Assembly: GCF_000021865.1 (NCBI RefSeq)
Contig: NC_014034.1
Span: 420,001-452,000, forward strand
DNA: 32,000 nt
Direction: 5' to 3'
Source of the DNA: Rhodobacter capsulatus SB 1003
GTDB lineage: Bacteria > Pseudomonadota > Alphaproteobacteria > Rhodobacterales > Rhodobacteraceae
In this document: positions 8,552 through 17,450 of the stretch, piece after piece
How positions within the stretch are numbered: position 1 is the stretch's first letter
How the letters are laid out: every line of letters begins with the position of its first letter
Translations under genes and position numbers: made by a program
Notes under the pieces: generated by a model
The model's input: the letters and a program-made list of their open reading frames with translations, nothing else
What the model was told of the DNA's origin: nothing
The model's database searches: none

Positions 8552-9033
8552 CGGACCTCCCGGGCCCGGCGTGCCTTGGCCGCCTCGATCGCCGCCACCA
8601 CCGGCGCCGCCTCGGCCAGATGCCGGATCAGATGCTTGTCCCCCGCTTTCGTCACGATCTGCACATCGCCGATCAGGGACCGCACCCTCTCGATTTCCAG
8701 CAGCATCGCCTGCTTGCCCTGCGGCCCGATCAGGCGGCGGTCGGTCAGCTGCCAGCGCCGCGCGAAGGCTTCCGACCGGAACCAGGCCGCCCGTGCCGCC
8801 ATGCCGATCAGAATGGCCAGGATCGCCACCGGGATCTGGTCGGTCTTGCCCAGCCAGACCAGCACGGCCGAAACCAGCACCGCGCCCAGCCCGCCCAGAA
8901 CCAGATGGTCCATCCAGTAGCGGCGCAGATCGGGCAGGAACACCTGCGAGACCTTTTCACCCGGTTCCAGCGCCAATTCGCTGGCCGGGCCGGGGCGGTA
9001 ATTGAGGACGGAATCGCGTTTCATCTCAGACAT
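8548..9033 (-). CDS. Membrane protein with bacterial PH-domain (bPH/YdbS-YdbT-like) fold (hypothetical)
   Basis: The start ATG 9033 overlaps the pyrB stop by 8 nt (ATGTCTGA). Two TM helices are followed by [43 protein letters not shown], which is typical of bPH domains. Confidence 0.65.
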   Translation of the reverse strand: MSEMKRDSVLNYRPGPASELALEPGEKVSQVFLPDLRRYWMDHLVLGGLGAVLVSAVLVWLGKTDQIPVAILAILIGMAARAAWFRSEAFARRWQLTDRRLIGPQGKQAMLLEIERVRSLIGDVQIVTKAGDKHLIRHLAEAAPVVAAIEAAKARRAREVR

Positions 9034-9991
9034 GTGCCGCCTCCAGCGCGGCGCGGCCGCGTTCGGCGCGCAGGTTCTGCGCCAGAAGATCCATCACCGC
9101 CATCCGCACCGCGACGCCCATCTCGACCTGCTCCTGAATCACCGAGCGGTTGATGTCATCGGCGATCGTGCCGTCGATCTCCACGCCGCGGTTCATCGGC
9201 CCGGGGTGCATCACGATCGCATCGGGTTTCGCATAGGCGAGCTTTTCCGCATCGAGCCCGTAGCGGTGGAAATATTCGCGCTCGGACGGGATGAAACCGC
9301 CGTCCATCCGCTCCTTTTGCAGCCGCAGCATCATCACCACATCGGCATCGCGCAGCCCTTCGCGCATGTCGTCGCAGATTTCCGCGCCGATATCGCCAAA
9401 GCCCGCGGGCATCAGCGTCGGCGGCCCGACCAGCCGCACCCGGTTTTCCATCTTGCCGAGCAACAGCAGGTTCGAGCGCGCCACCCGGCTGTGCGCGACA
9501 TCGCCGCAAATCGCCACCGTCAGCCGCTGGATCCGGCCCTTGGCACGCCGGATCGTCAAGGCATCCAAAAGCGCCTGCGTCGGGTGTTCGTGCCTCCCGT
9601 CGCCCGCATTGATCACAGCACAATTCACCTTCTGCGCCAGAAGATCGACGGCGCCGGAGGAGGGATGCCGCACCACCAGCAGATCGGGATGCATCGCGTT
9701 CAGCGTCAGCGCGGTGTCGATCAGGGTCTCGCCCTTTTTCACCGACGAGGTCTGCATCGACATGTTCATCACGTCGGCGCCCAGCCGTTTTCCGGCCAGC
9801 TCGAAACTGGATTGCGTCCGCGTCGAATTCTCGAAGAACATGTTGATCTGCGTCAGCCCCGCCAGCGCATCGGTGCGCTTCACGGTGCGGCGGTTCAGAT
9901 CGACATAGCTGTCTGCAAGATCAAGAACGGAACGGATGTCTTCCGGCGAGAGATGCTCGATCCCCAGAAGATGGCGGGCGCGAAAAGCCAT
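9026..9991 (-). CDS. pyrB: Aspartate carbamoyltransferase catalytic subunit
   Basis: ATCase motifs [21 protein letters not shown] and [11 protein letters not shown]. Confidence 0.95.
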   Translation of the reverse strand: MAFRARHLLGIEHLSPEDIRSVLDLADSYVDLNRRTVKRTDALAGLTQINMFFENSTRTQSSFELAGKRLGADVMNMSMQTSSVKKGETLIDTALTLNAMHPDLLVVRHPSSGAVDLLAQKVNCAVINAGDGRHEHPTQALLDALTIRRAKGRIQRLTVAICGDVAHSRVARSNLLLLGKMENRVRLVGPPTLMPAGFGDIGAEICDDMREGLRDADVVMMLRLQKERMDGGFIPSEREYFHRYGLDAEKLAYAKPDAIVMHPGPMNRGVEIDGTIADDINRSVIQEQVEMGVAVRMAVMDLLAQNLRAERGRAALEAAHV

Positions 9992-10069
9992 GACGTCCTC
10001 CGATGTTGTCGGGCTGCTTATGGCAAATGGGGGGGGCTGCGTCCAGCGGCTTTACCCCCGGGATCGGTC

Positions 10070-10897
10070 ATGCGATGGAAAGCCATGGAGACTCGCCCCG
10101 CCCCCGAGATCAGCTATGATGCCGCTCTGGCCGCTTTCGAGTGGCTGATCGAGCTTGGCGCCACCGATCCGGTGGGCGATGCGCCGGTGAACCGCTACGA
10201 TCTGGTGACCCCGGAACCTGCACCGGCTCCGCCGCCCCAGGCCGAGACCCGCGCGCCGCGCCCGGCGCCGGTGCTGGCGCCAGTCGAGACGGTCGATCCG
10301 GTGGCGGTGGCGCGCGGGCTTGCCGCGCGGGCGGCGACGCTGGACGATCTGCGCGAAGCGATCCTGGGGTTTGACCATTGCCCGCTGAAACGGGGCGCGC
10401 GCAACACCGTCTTTTGCGACGGCAATCCGAAGGCGCGGGTGATGCTGATCGGCGAGGCCCCGGGCAAGGACGAGGATGCGCAGGGCAAGCCCTTTGTCGG
10501 CCGCGCCGGGCAGCTGCTTGACCGGATGCTGGCGGCGGTGGGACTGGATCGCGCCGCGCCCGATCCGGGAACGGCGGTCTATATCACCAATGTCATGCCC
10601 TGGCGGCCGCCCGGCAACCGCGAGCCGGAGCCCGCAGAAATCGCGATGATGGGGCCGTTTCTGGCCCGGCATGTCGAGCTGGTCGACCCCGATCTGATCG
10701 TGCTGATGGGCAATACCGCCTGCGCCGCGGCGCTGAACAGCCGCGGCATCACCCGGCTGCGCGGCAGCTGGACGCAGGCTTTCGGCCGTCCGGCGCTGCC
10801 GACGCTGCATCCGGCGAACCTCTTGCGCACGCCGATCAACAAGCGGCTGGTCTGGGCGGATCTGCTGGAATTGCGCGCGAAACTGAACGCGCTTTGA
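10070..10897 (+). CDS. Uracil-DNA glycosylase, family 4, with Pro/Ala-rich N-terminal extension
   Basis: GEAPGKDEDAQGKPFVGRAGQLLDRML and HPANLLR motifs, with Cys ligands (HCPL...FCDG). The upstream part of track ORF 9002..10897 is antisense to pyrB and was discarded. An alternative start is ATG 10085. Confidence 0.87.
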   Translation: MRWKAMETRPAPEISYDAALAAFEWLIELGATDPVGDAPVNRYDLVTPEPAPAPPPQAETRAPRPAPVLAPVETVDPVAVARGLAARAATLDDLREAILGFDHCPLKRGARNTVFCDGNPKARVMLIGEAPGKDEDAQGKPFVGRAGQLLDRMLAAVGLDRAAPDPGTAVYITNVMPWRPPGNREPEPAEIAMMGPFLARHVELVDPDLIVLMGNTACAAALNSRGITRLRGSWTQAFGRPALPTLHPANLLRTPINKRLVWADLLELRAKLNAL

Positions 10898-10905
10898 GGG
10901 CCCGG

Positions 10906-11703
10906 TCAGGGGGCGGGGCAGCCGTCGATCTCGACCGCATCGCCATGGCTGACCACCGTGATGCGCAGATCGGCGGGGTCCAGATCGAAGGGCCGGGCGT
11001 CCTCGGGCACGAAATCGACGCTGGCCAGAAGCGTCTTGTCCTGCCGGTCGATCTCGGGTTCCGAAACCCACATCGGCCGCGAGCGCAGCTCGAACAGCGC
11101 GGTTTCCCCCGCCGCTTGCGGCAGCTCGATCCGGGCGGCGACGCGGACGCCGTCGCGAATGGGGGTCAGGGTGCAGCGGGCCAGCCCGGGCGCGGGCCGC
11201 GGGGCCGCCGCCATCGCCGCCGCGATCTCGGGATCTTCGGCGCCGGGACCGGACAGCTCTCGCGTCAGCGCGACACTGACCGGCACGCAGACCTCGTCGC
11301 AGATGCCGAAATCCAGAGCGGCGGTCAGCGAGACCGGCGCCTCGGGCGCCTTCGGCGTGATCTGCAGCGGCAGGACCAGCGTGTCATGATAGCCGACGGT
11401 GTTCATCCCGCCGCTCTCGAAAACCTCGGGCGCGGGCCAGATCACCTGCAGCGCCGCGACATTGCCCGAGGCGTTGAAATCGAATTGCGGCGGCACGCCG
11501 ACATCGCCCGGCACGCGCCAATAAGTCTTCCAGCCCGGGGCCAGAACGATCCTTATCGCGGCGATGCGGCTGCCGTCCCTGTCCTGCCAGCCCGGCAACA
11601 GCTCGGCGGACAAGAGCCCCTGTCCCAAAGGCGGGGCCTCCTCGGCCGCGGCGACGACGGCAAGGCTCTGGCACAGGACAAGGGCGAAAACGGGCAGTCG
11701 CAT
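10906..11703 (-). CDS. Periplasmic protein with DsbD/ScsB N-terminal (alpha) domain-like fold
   Basis: Signal peptide MRLPVFALVLCQSLAVVAA. The APGWKTYWRVPGD motif and a C-terminal CxxxC-containing region (GICDEVC) are typical of the thiol:disulfide interchange DsbD N-terminal domain family. Confidence 0.7.
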   Translation of the reverse strand: MRLPVFALVLCQSLAVVAAAEEAPPLGQGLLSAELLPGWQDRDGSRIAAIRIVLAPGWKTYWRVPGDVGVPPQFDFNASGNVAALQVIWPAPEVFESGGMNTVGYHDTLVLPLQITPKAPEAPVSLTAALDFGICDEVCVPVSVALTRELSGPGAEDPEIAAAMAAAPRPAPGLARCTLTPIRDGVRVAARIELPQAAGETALFELRSRPMWVSEPEIDRQDKTLLASVDFVPEDARPFDLDPADLRITVVSHGDAVEIDGCPAP

Positions 11704-11845
11704 GATCCTGCGATAGCCGCGGCCCCGGGAACGGCCAAGTCACAAACGCGACAGGAGCGCGCGGACAGGGCGTCGCCGGGGCTTGATTGCAACGCGGACC
11801 GGGTCCACCTTTGGCAAAGGGGCAGGGCAGGCACGGGAGAGCGGC

Positions 11846-12397
11846 ATGGATCTGAGCGGCAAACTTCTGATCGCGATGCCGGGCATGGGCGATCCGCGGT
11901 TCGAGCATTCGGTGGTGGCGATGTGCTCGCATTCGGCCGAGGGGGCGATGGGGATCATCGTCAACAAGCCGCTGCCGAAACCGCCGATGGGGGATCTGCT
12001 GGATCAGCTCGGGATCGCGGTCACCGCCTCGGATCGCGGCGCGGCGCCGCTGTTCTTTGGCGGCCCGGTCGAGACCGGCCGCGGCTTCGTTTTGCATTCG
12101 GCCGACTGGTTCGCCGCGACGATGCCGGTGGGCGAGGGGCTGGCGATGACGGCGACGCGCGACATTCTGGAAGAGATCGCCGCCGGGCGGGGGCCCTCGC
12201 GGGCGATTCTGGCGCTGGGCTATGCGGGCTGGGGGCCGGGGCAGATCGAGCAGGAGATCCTCGACAACGGCTGGCTGGTGGCCGAGGGCAATGCGGCGCT
12301 GACGCTCGATGGCGATCACGCGACGAAATGGACCCGGGCGCTGGGCACGATGGGGATCGATCCGCGCACGCTTTCGGCGGCGGCGGGCCACGCCTGA
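11846..12397 (+). CDS. yqgE: YqgE/AlgH family protein (UPF0301)
   Basis: LLIAMPGMGDPRFEHSVVAMCSHSAEGAMGIIVNKP signature. The track ORF was trimmed to ATG 11846. Confidence 0.87.
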   Translation: MDLSGKLLIAMPGMGDPRFEHSVVAMCSHSAEGAMGIIVNKPLPKPPMGDLLDQLGIAVTASDRGAAPLFFGGPVETGRGFVLHSADWFAATMPVGEGLAMTATRDILEEIAAGRGPSRAILALGYAGWGPGQIEQEILDNGWLVAEGNAALTLDGDHATKWTRALGTMGIDPRTLSAAAGHA

Positions 12398-12406
12398 GGC
12401 CGGGCA

Positions 12407-12423
12407 GGGGGGCGCTGCCCCCC
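12407..12423. terminator. GC hairpin GGGGGGC-gct-GCCCCCC, 10 nt after the yqgE stop
   Basis: A 7-bp perfect stem read directly. It is the first of four consecutive hairpins in this intergenic region. Confidence 0.45.
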
Positions 12424-12434
12424 GTCTGCGGACT

Positions 12435-12507
12435 CCCCCCGGGATATTTGAGGCAAGATGAAAGCCGATCCGGGCTTCGTTTCATCTTGCCCCAAATATC
12501 CCGGGGG
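12435..12507. repeat. Family-A palindromic intergenic element (two 28-29 nt arms, 1 mismatch, 16-nt loop)
   Basis: The left arm is ccccccgggatatttgaggcaagatgaaa (12435-12463). The right arm is tttcatcttgccccaaatatcccggggg (12480-12507). Single arms recur at 19970-19998 and 22464-22491. Confidence 0.85.
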
Positions 12508-12511
12508 TGAA

Positions 12512-12545
12512 TTTTGGCGCAGCCAAAAGAGGGGGCAGCGCCCCC
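12512..12545. repeat. Two further hairpins: TTTTGGC-gca-GCCAAAA (12512-12528) and GGGGGC-agc-GCCCCC (12531-12545)
   Basis: Read directly. The second is the reverse complement of the 12407 hairpin unit and abuts the sua5 stop codon (12545-12547). Confidence 0.7.
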
Positions 12546-13495
12546 TATCCCCGCGGCGCGGCGGCGCGGCGCAGCCGGTCGTTGATCGCGCGCCCAAGCC
12601 CGGTTTCCGGGATCGGCGCGATCGCGATCGTGGCGGCGCCCCGCGCGGTGGCGAGCTTGTCGGCCACCCGCAGCATCGCGAAAAGCCTCGTTGCCGCCTC
12701 GACCGGATCGGCCCGGACCGAGAGCGTCAGATCGGCCTCGGGGCCGGGGCCGAAGCCGAGGTAGATTTCCCCCGGGCGTTTCTCGGTGGCGTCCAGCCGC
12801 ACCGCCGCGCCGGGGGCGTAATGCGAGACAAGCTGGCCGGGTGCATTCGGCTTGACCGCATCGCCGCCAAAGGCAAGCGGCTGGCCAAGCGCCTTTTCCA
12901 GCGTTTCGACATCGACCCCACCGGGACGCAGCAGCACCGGCGGGGCAAGGCCGAGGATCGTCGATTCGACCCCGACCGGGCAGGCGCCGCCATCCACCAC
13001 CGCGGCGATCCGGCCGGACAGCCCTTCGAGCACGTGATCCGCCTCGGTCGGGCTGACCTTGCCCGAGGGATTGGCCGAGGGCGCCGCCAGCGGCCCGCCA
13101 AAGGCCGCAAGCAGGGCCCGGGCCACGGGATGCGCGGGCATCCGCACCGCCACCGTGGCCAGCCCGGCGGTGACCAGATCGGAGATCCCGGCCTCGGGGC
13201 GGGCGGGCAGAACCAGCGTCAGCGGGCCGGGCCAGAACCGCGCCGCGAGATCGCGCGCCTGATCCGAGAAGACCGCGACCTGTTCCGCCATCTCCATGTC
13301 GGCCACATGCACGATCAGCGGGTTGAACTGCGGGCGGCCCTTGGCGGCATAGATCGCCGCCACCGCCGTGTCTTGCCGGGCATCGCCGCCAAGGCCGTAG
13401 ACCGTCTCGGTCGGGAAGGCGACCAGCCGCCCCGCGCGCAACAGCGCGGCCGCGCGGGCCAGCCCCGCGGCATCCGTCCCAAGACGTTCGGTCAT
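12545..13495 (-). CDS. L-threonylcarbamoyladenylate synthase (Sua5/YwlC/TsaC2 type)
   Basis: YrdC-domain motifs VAFPTETVYGLGGDA and KGRPQFNPLIVHV plus a Sua5 C-terminal domain. An alternative start is ATG 13504. The remainder of track ORF 12545..15199 is antisense to the acyl-CoA dehydrogenase gene. Confidence 0.9.
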   Translation of the reverse strand: MTERLGTDAAGLARAAALLRAGRLVAFPTETVYGLGGDARQDTAVAAIYAAKGRPQFNPLIVHVADMEMAEQVAVFSDQARDLAARFWPGPLTLVLPARPEAGISDLVTAGLATVAVRMPAHPVARALLAAFGGPLAAPSANPSGKVSPTEADHVLEGLSGRIAAVVDGGACPVGVESTILGLAPPVLLRPGGVDVETLEKALGQPLAFGGDAVKPNAPGQLVSHYAPGAAVRLDATEKRPGEIYLGFGPGPEADLTLSVRADPVEAATRLFAMLRVADKLATARGAATIAIAPIPETGLGRAINDRLRRAAAPRG

Positions 13496-13636
13496 TTCCT
13501 GCATCCCACCCTCGTGACGCTGCGTTGCGGTGGACGGGGGCTTCCCTTGCGGTAACCTTTCCCCGAAACCGACCCGAATTTGCCCCACGCATACGCGCCC
13601 CGGCCCCGTTTGCCAAGCGCGCCACAGGAGACCGTC

Positions 13637-15319
13637 ATGGCCTATCGCTCGCCCGTTGCCGATATCCGCTTCATCCTCGACAAGGTGGTGCCGCTGGCGC
13701 CGGTGGCGGCGACCGAACGCTTTGCCGAAGCCACGCCCGAGACGGTCGAAGCCGTGCTGACCGAGGCGGGCAAGCTGTGCGACGAGGTGATGGCGCCGCT
13801 TCTGCGCGCGGGCGACCTGCATCCGGCGCGGCTGGAAAACGGTGTCGTGCGGACCTCGCCCGGGTTCCGCGAGGCCTATCAGCAGATCGCCGAGGGCGGC
13901 TGGGTCGCCGTGGCCGCGCCGCAGGAATACGGCGGCATGGGCCTGCCGCAGACGATCTGCGTGGCGGTGAACGACATGATGTCGGGGGCCAATCTGGCGC
14001 TGCAGCTGAACCCGCTTCTGACCCAGGGCCAGATCGAGGCGCTGGAACATCACGCCAGCGAGGAGATCAAGGCGCTTTACATTCCGAAGCTGATTTCGGG
14101 TGAATGGTCGGGGACGATGAACCTGACCGAGCCGCAGGCGGGTTCGGACGTGGGCGCGCTGCGCAGCCGGGCCGAGCCGCTGGGCGATGGCACCTATGCG
14201 ATCACCGGGCAGAAGATCTTCATTTCCTGGGGCGATTCCGACGTGACGGAGAACATCTGTCATCTGGTGCTGGCGCGGCTGCCCGATGCCAGCCCGGGCA
14301 CCAAGGGGATCAGCCTTTTCATGGTGCCGAAATATATCCCCGATGCCGCGGGCAAGCCCGGGGTGGCGAACACGCTGGGCGTGGTGTCGCTGGAACACAA
14401 GATGGGCCTGCATGGCTCGCCCACCTGCGTGATGAGTTTCGAGGCCGCGAAAGGCTGGATGGTGGGCGAACCCGGCAAGGGCATGGCGGCGATGTTCACG
14501 ATGATGAACAACGCCCGTCTCGCCGTCGGCGTGCAGGGGATCGGCGTGGCCGAAGCCGCGTTCCAGCAGGCCCTCGCCTATGCGCAGGAGCGGGTGCAGT
14601 TTTCGCAGATCATCCAGCATGCCGATGTCCGGCGCATGCTGGCCGAGATGCGCGCCGAGATCTTTGCCGCGCGCTCGATCGCGCTCGCCTGTGCCGTCGC
14701 GCTCGATCTGGGGCGGGCGACGGGCGAGGACCATTGGCTGGCCCGCGCCGCGCTGCTGACGCCGATCGCCAAGGCCTATGGCACCGATACCGGGATCTGG
14801 GTCGCCGAACAGGGCGTGCAGGTGCATGGCGGCATGGGCTTCATCGAGCAGACCGGGGCGGCGCAATATTGCCGCGACGTGCGGGTGACGGCGATCTACG
14901 AGGGCACGAACGGCATTCAGGCGATGGATCTGGCGGGGCGCAAGATGGCCGATGACGGCCGCGCCGCCTTTCGTCTGCTGCAGGAAATCGAGGATGCCGC
15001 GAAAGCCGCGCGCGAGGCCCTGCCCGATCTGGCCGAGGCGGTCTGGCAATCGGCCGAAACCCTGCGCGAACATACCGAAGGCATGATCGCCCAGGGCACG
15101 CAGGACCGCTTTGCCGGGGCCGTGCCCTATCTGCGCGCCTTTGCCCGGGTGCTGGGCGCGCATTACCACCTGCGCGCGGCGCTGGAGGGGGGCGCGCATG
15201 AGAAACTGGCCGCCGTCTACATCCGTCGCCTTTTGCCGCAGGCCGAGGCGGCGCTGGCGGCCGCGCGGGCGGGGGCGGTTGACCTTTTCGCGCTTTCCCC
15301 CGAAGACCTTGGGGCATGA
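13637..15319 (+). CDS. Long acyl-CoA dehydrogenase with N- and C-terminal extension domains (DmdC/FadE-like)
   Basis: AGGAG at 13626-13630 precedes the ATG. ACAD motifs TEPQAGSD and IYEGTNGIQAMDL are present. The N-terminus YRSPVADIRFILDKV is typical of the long ACAD subfamily. Specific substrate unknown. Confidence 0.9.
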   Translation: MAYRSPVADIRFILDKVVPLAPVAATERFAEATPETVEAVLTEAGKLCDEVMAPLLRAGDLHPARLENGVVRTSPGFREAYQQIAEGGWVAVAAPQEYGGMGLPQTICVAVNDMMSGANLALQLNPLLTQGQIEALEHHASEEIKALYIPKLISGEWSGTMNLTEPQAGSDVGALRSRAEPLGDGTYAITGQKIFISWGDSDVTENICHLVLARLPDASPGTKGISLFMVPKYIPDAAGKPGVANTLGVVSLEHKMGLHGSPTCVMSFEAAKGWMVGEPGKGMAAMFTMMNNARLAVGVQGIGVAEAAFQQALAYAQERVQFSQIIQHADVRRMLAEMRAEIFAARSIALACAVALDLGRATGEDHWLARAALLTPIAKAYGTDTGIWVAEQGVQVHGGMGFIEQTGAAQYCRDVRVTAIYEGTNGIQAMDLAGRKMADDGRAAFRLLQEIEDAAKAAREALPDLAEAVWQSAETLREHTEGMIAQGTQDRFAGAVPYLRAFARVLGAHYHLRAALEGGAHEKLAAVYIRRLLPQAEAALAAARAGAVDLFALSPEDLGA

Positions 15320-16347
15320 AACAAAGATCCGGTCTGAGCTTCCCCTTTGAAACCGCCCCCGCCTTCGGCGAGACCCTTGCGGTCGCCGAGGGCGTGCTTT
15401 GGCTGCGCCTGCCGCTGCCGATGGCGCTTGATCACGTCAATGCCTATGCGCTCGATGACGGCGACGGCTGGACGCTGGTCGATCCCGGCATCGACAGCCG
15501 CGCCTGCCGGGCGGCGCTGCAACGGGCGCTCGATGGCCCGCTGGCGGGCAAGCCCGTCACGCGGGTCATCGTCACCCATTACCACCCCGATCACATCGGG
15601 CTGGCGGGCTGGCTGCAGACCCGCGGTGCGGAACTTTGGACGACGCGCACGAGCTGGCTTTTCGCCCGCATGCTGATGCTCGACGAACAGCCCCTGCCGG
15701 TGCCGGAAACGCTGGCCTTCTGGAAAGCCGCGGGGATGGACCCGGAGCTGCTGGCGCGGCGGTCGCAGGAACGGCCCTTCAACTTTGCCGATTGCGTGCA
15801 TCCGCTGCCGCTTGGCTTTCGCAACATGGTCGAGGGCGATCTGATCCACGCCGCCGGGCGGCGCTGGCGGGTGCGGATCGGCCAGGGCCATGCGCCCGAT
15901 CACGCCACGCTCTGGAGCGAGGACGACGGGCTGATCCTGGGCGGTGATCAGCTTTTGCCGGGCATTTCGGCCAATCTGGGCGCCTATGCGACCGAGCCCT
16001 TGGCCGATCCGGTGGCCGACTGGCTGGCGTCCTGCCGTGCCTTCCAGCCGCTCGCACGCGAAGATCAGCTGATCCTGCCCGGCCACAAGCTGCCCTTCCT
16101 CGGCCTGCCGCTGCGCCTGCACCAGATGATCGAGAATCACGAGGGCGCGCTCGCCCGTCTGCGCGCGGTTCTGGCCGAGGCCCCGCGCAGCGCCACCGAC
16201 TGTTTCCCCGTGCTCTTCAAGCGGCCGGTGGGCGAGGCGGAATATGGCATGGCGCTGGTCGAGGCGGTGGCGCATCTCAACCACCTGTTCCTGCGCGGCG
16301 AGATCACCCGGCAGGCCCGCGACGGCGTCTGGCTCTGGTCCGCCTGA
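15316..16347 (+). CDS. MBL-fold metallo-hydrolase
   Basis: HYHPDHIG (HxHxDH) motif. Its start overlaps the ACAD stop (ATGA 15316-15319). Confidence 0.85.
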   Translation: MKQRSGLSFPFETAPAFGETLAVAEGVLWLRLPLPMALDHVNAYALDDGDGWTLVDPGIDSRACRAALQRALDGPLAGKPVTRVIVTHYHPDHIGLAGWLQTRGAELWTTRTSWLFARMLMLDEQPLPVPETLAFWKAAGMDPELLARRSQERPFNFADCVHPLPLGFRNMVEGDLIHAAGRRWRVRIGQGHAPDHATLWSEDDGLILGGDQLLPGISANLGAYATEPLADPVADWLASCRAFQPLAREDQLILPGHKLPFLGLPLRLHQMIENHEGALARLRAVLAEAPRSATDCFPVLFKRPVGEAEYGMALVEAVAHLNHLFLRGEITRQARDGVWLWSA

Positions 16348-16475
16348 GGCCCGTGGCGCCGAATAGACACTTTTCGGGAAAACGCGCCCGCGGTCCGCGC
16401 GGCCGGTTGCCCCTGCAAGCGGGGCGTGCTTAACCCCCTTTCGACGTTCACTTCCTGCCGCCGAGGGGTCCCCGG

Positions 16476-17105
16476 ATGCGCCGCCTTCTTTCCTGTCTGG
16501 TCCTGCCGCTTGCGCTGGCCGCCTGTGCCGAACCGAAATGGGCCCCGGACGAGGCGGTGAATGCCGCGCGGTTTTCGACCGGCAATCCGCCCTCGGTCAC
16601 GCTTTTCACGGTGATTTCGACCAATACCGGCGCGGGCGGGCATTCGGCGCTGATGATCGACGGGCAGGAGCGGGTGATCTTCGATCCGGCCGGGACCTGG
16701 TATCACCCCTCGGTGCCGGAACGGAACGATGTCGATTTCGGCATCACCGAGCGGATGTACAAGTTCTACATCGATTATCACGCCCGCGAATCCTGGTATG
16801 TGCGCGAACAGCGCCTGGCCGTGACGCCGCAGCAGGCGGCGGCGCTTCTGGCGCGGGTGCAGTCGAACGGCGCGGTGGCCAAGATGATGTGCGCCAATGA
16901 CACTTCCTCGGTGCTGCGGTCGATCCCGGGCTTTGAAAGCATCCCGGCGACCAGCTCGCCCCTGAAGCTCTCGAAGGCCTTCGGACAGCTGCCCGGCGTG
17001 ATCACCGAGGATCACTTCGACAACGATCCCGACGACAATTCCGGCGTGCTGATGATCCAGCAGGCGCCGGTGCGGCACGGCACCGGGCTGGGCAAGACCG
17101 ACTGA
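16476..17105 (+). CDS. Lipoprotein, hypothetical
   Basis: Signal peptide with lipobox LALAAC. Conserved-looking His (GGHSALMIDG) and Cys (KMMCANDTS). No family assigned with confidence. Confidence 0.65.
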   Translation: MRRLLSCLVLPLALAACAEPKWAPDEAVNAARFSTGNPPSVTLFTVISTNTGAGGHSALMIDGQERVIFDPAGTWYHPSVPERNDVDFGITERMYKFYIDYHARESWYVREQRLAVTPQQAAALLARVQSNGAVAKMMCANDTSSVLRSIPGFESIPATSSPLKLSKAFGQLPGVITEDHFDNDPDDNSGVLMIQQAPVRHGTGLGKTD

Positions 17106-17108
17106 GCC

Positions 17109-17450
17109 TCAGCCGACCAGCCAGAGCGCCAGATAAAGCGACGCAAGGCCGCCCAGGATCGCGGCCAAGGTGTTGCGGCTGGCCAGCCCCACGGCCAGCG
17201 TCGCCCCGGCCGCGATCAGCCGCGCCGGATCGGGCTGGCCCTCCGTCGCCGCAGGCCAAAGCACCAGCGGCGCGACAAGGCCCGGCAGTACCGCGACAGC
17301 GGTATAGCGCAGATGCCGCAGCGCCCATTCGGGCAGCGGCCGGTTGCCGATCCAGCCCAGAAAGGAATAGCGCAGCACGAAGGTGCCAAGCCCCAGCGCC
17401 AGGATGATCAGCCAGATCGTCGGGCTGCCGTAGCTTTCTGCAACGGTCAT
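17109..17450 (-). CDS. azlD: AzlD family branched-chain amino acid transport protein
   Basis: A ~113-aa polytopic membrane protein. Its start overlaps the azlC stop (ATGA 17447-17450). Confidence 0.8.
   Translation of the reverse strand: MTVAESYGSPTIWLIILALGLGTFVLRYSFLGWIGNRPLPEWALRHLRYTAVAVLPGLVAPLVLWPAATEGQPDPARLIAAGATLAVGLASRNTLAAILGGLASLYLALWLVG

Noticed and set aside
9002-10069. Upstream part of track ORF 9002..10897 (+)
   Set aside because: It is antisense to pyrB. The UDG homology begins only after Met at 10070/10085.
13505-15199. N-terminal 560 aa of track ORF 12545..15199 (-)
   Set aside because: Only the C-terminal ~316 aa (Sua5/TsaC) has family motifs. The remainder is antisense to the acyl-CoA dehydrogenase gene and is low-complexity.
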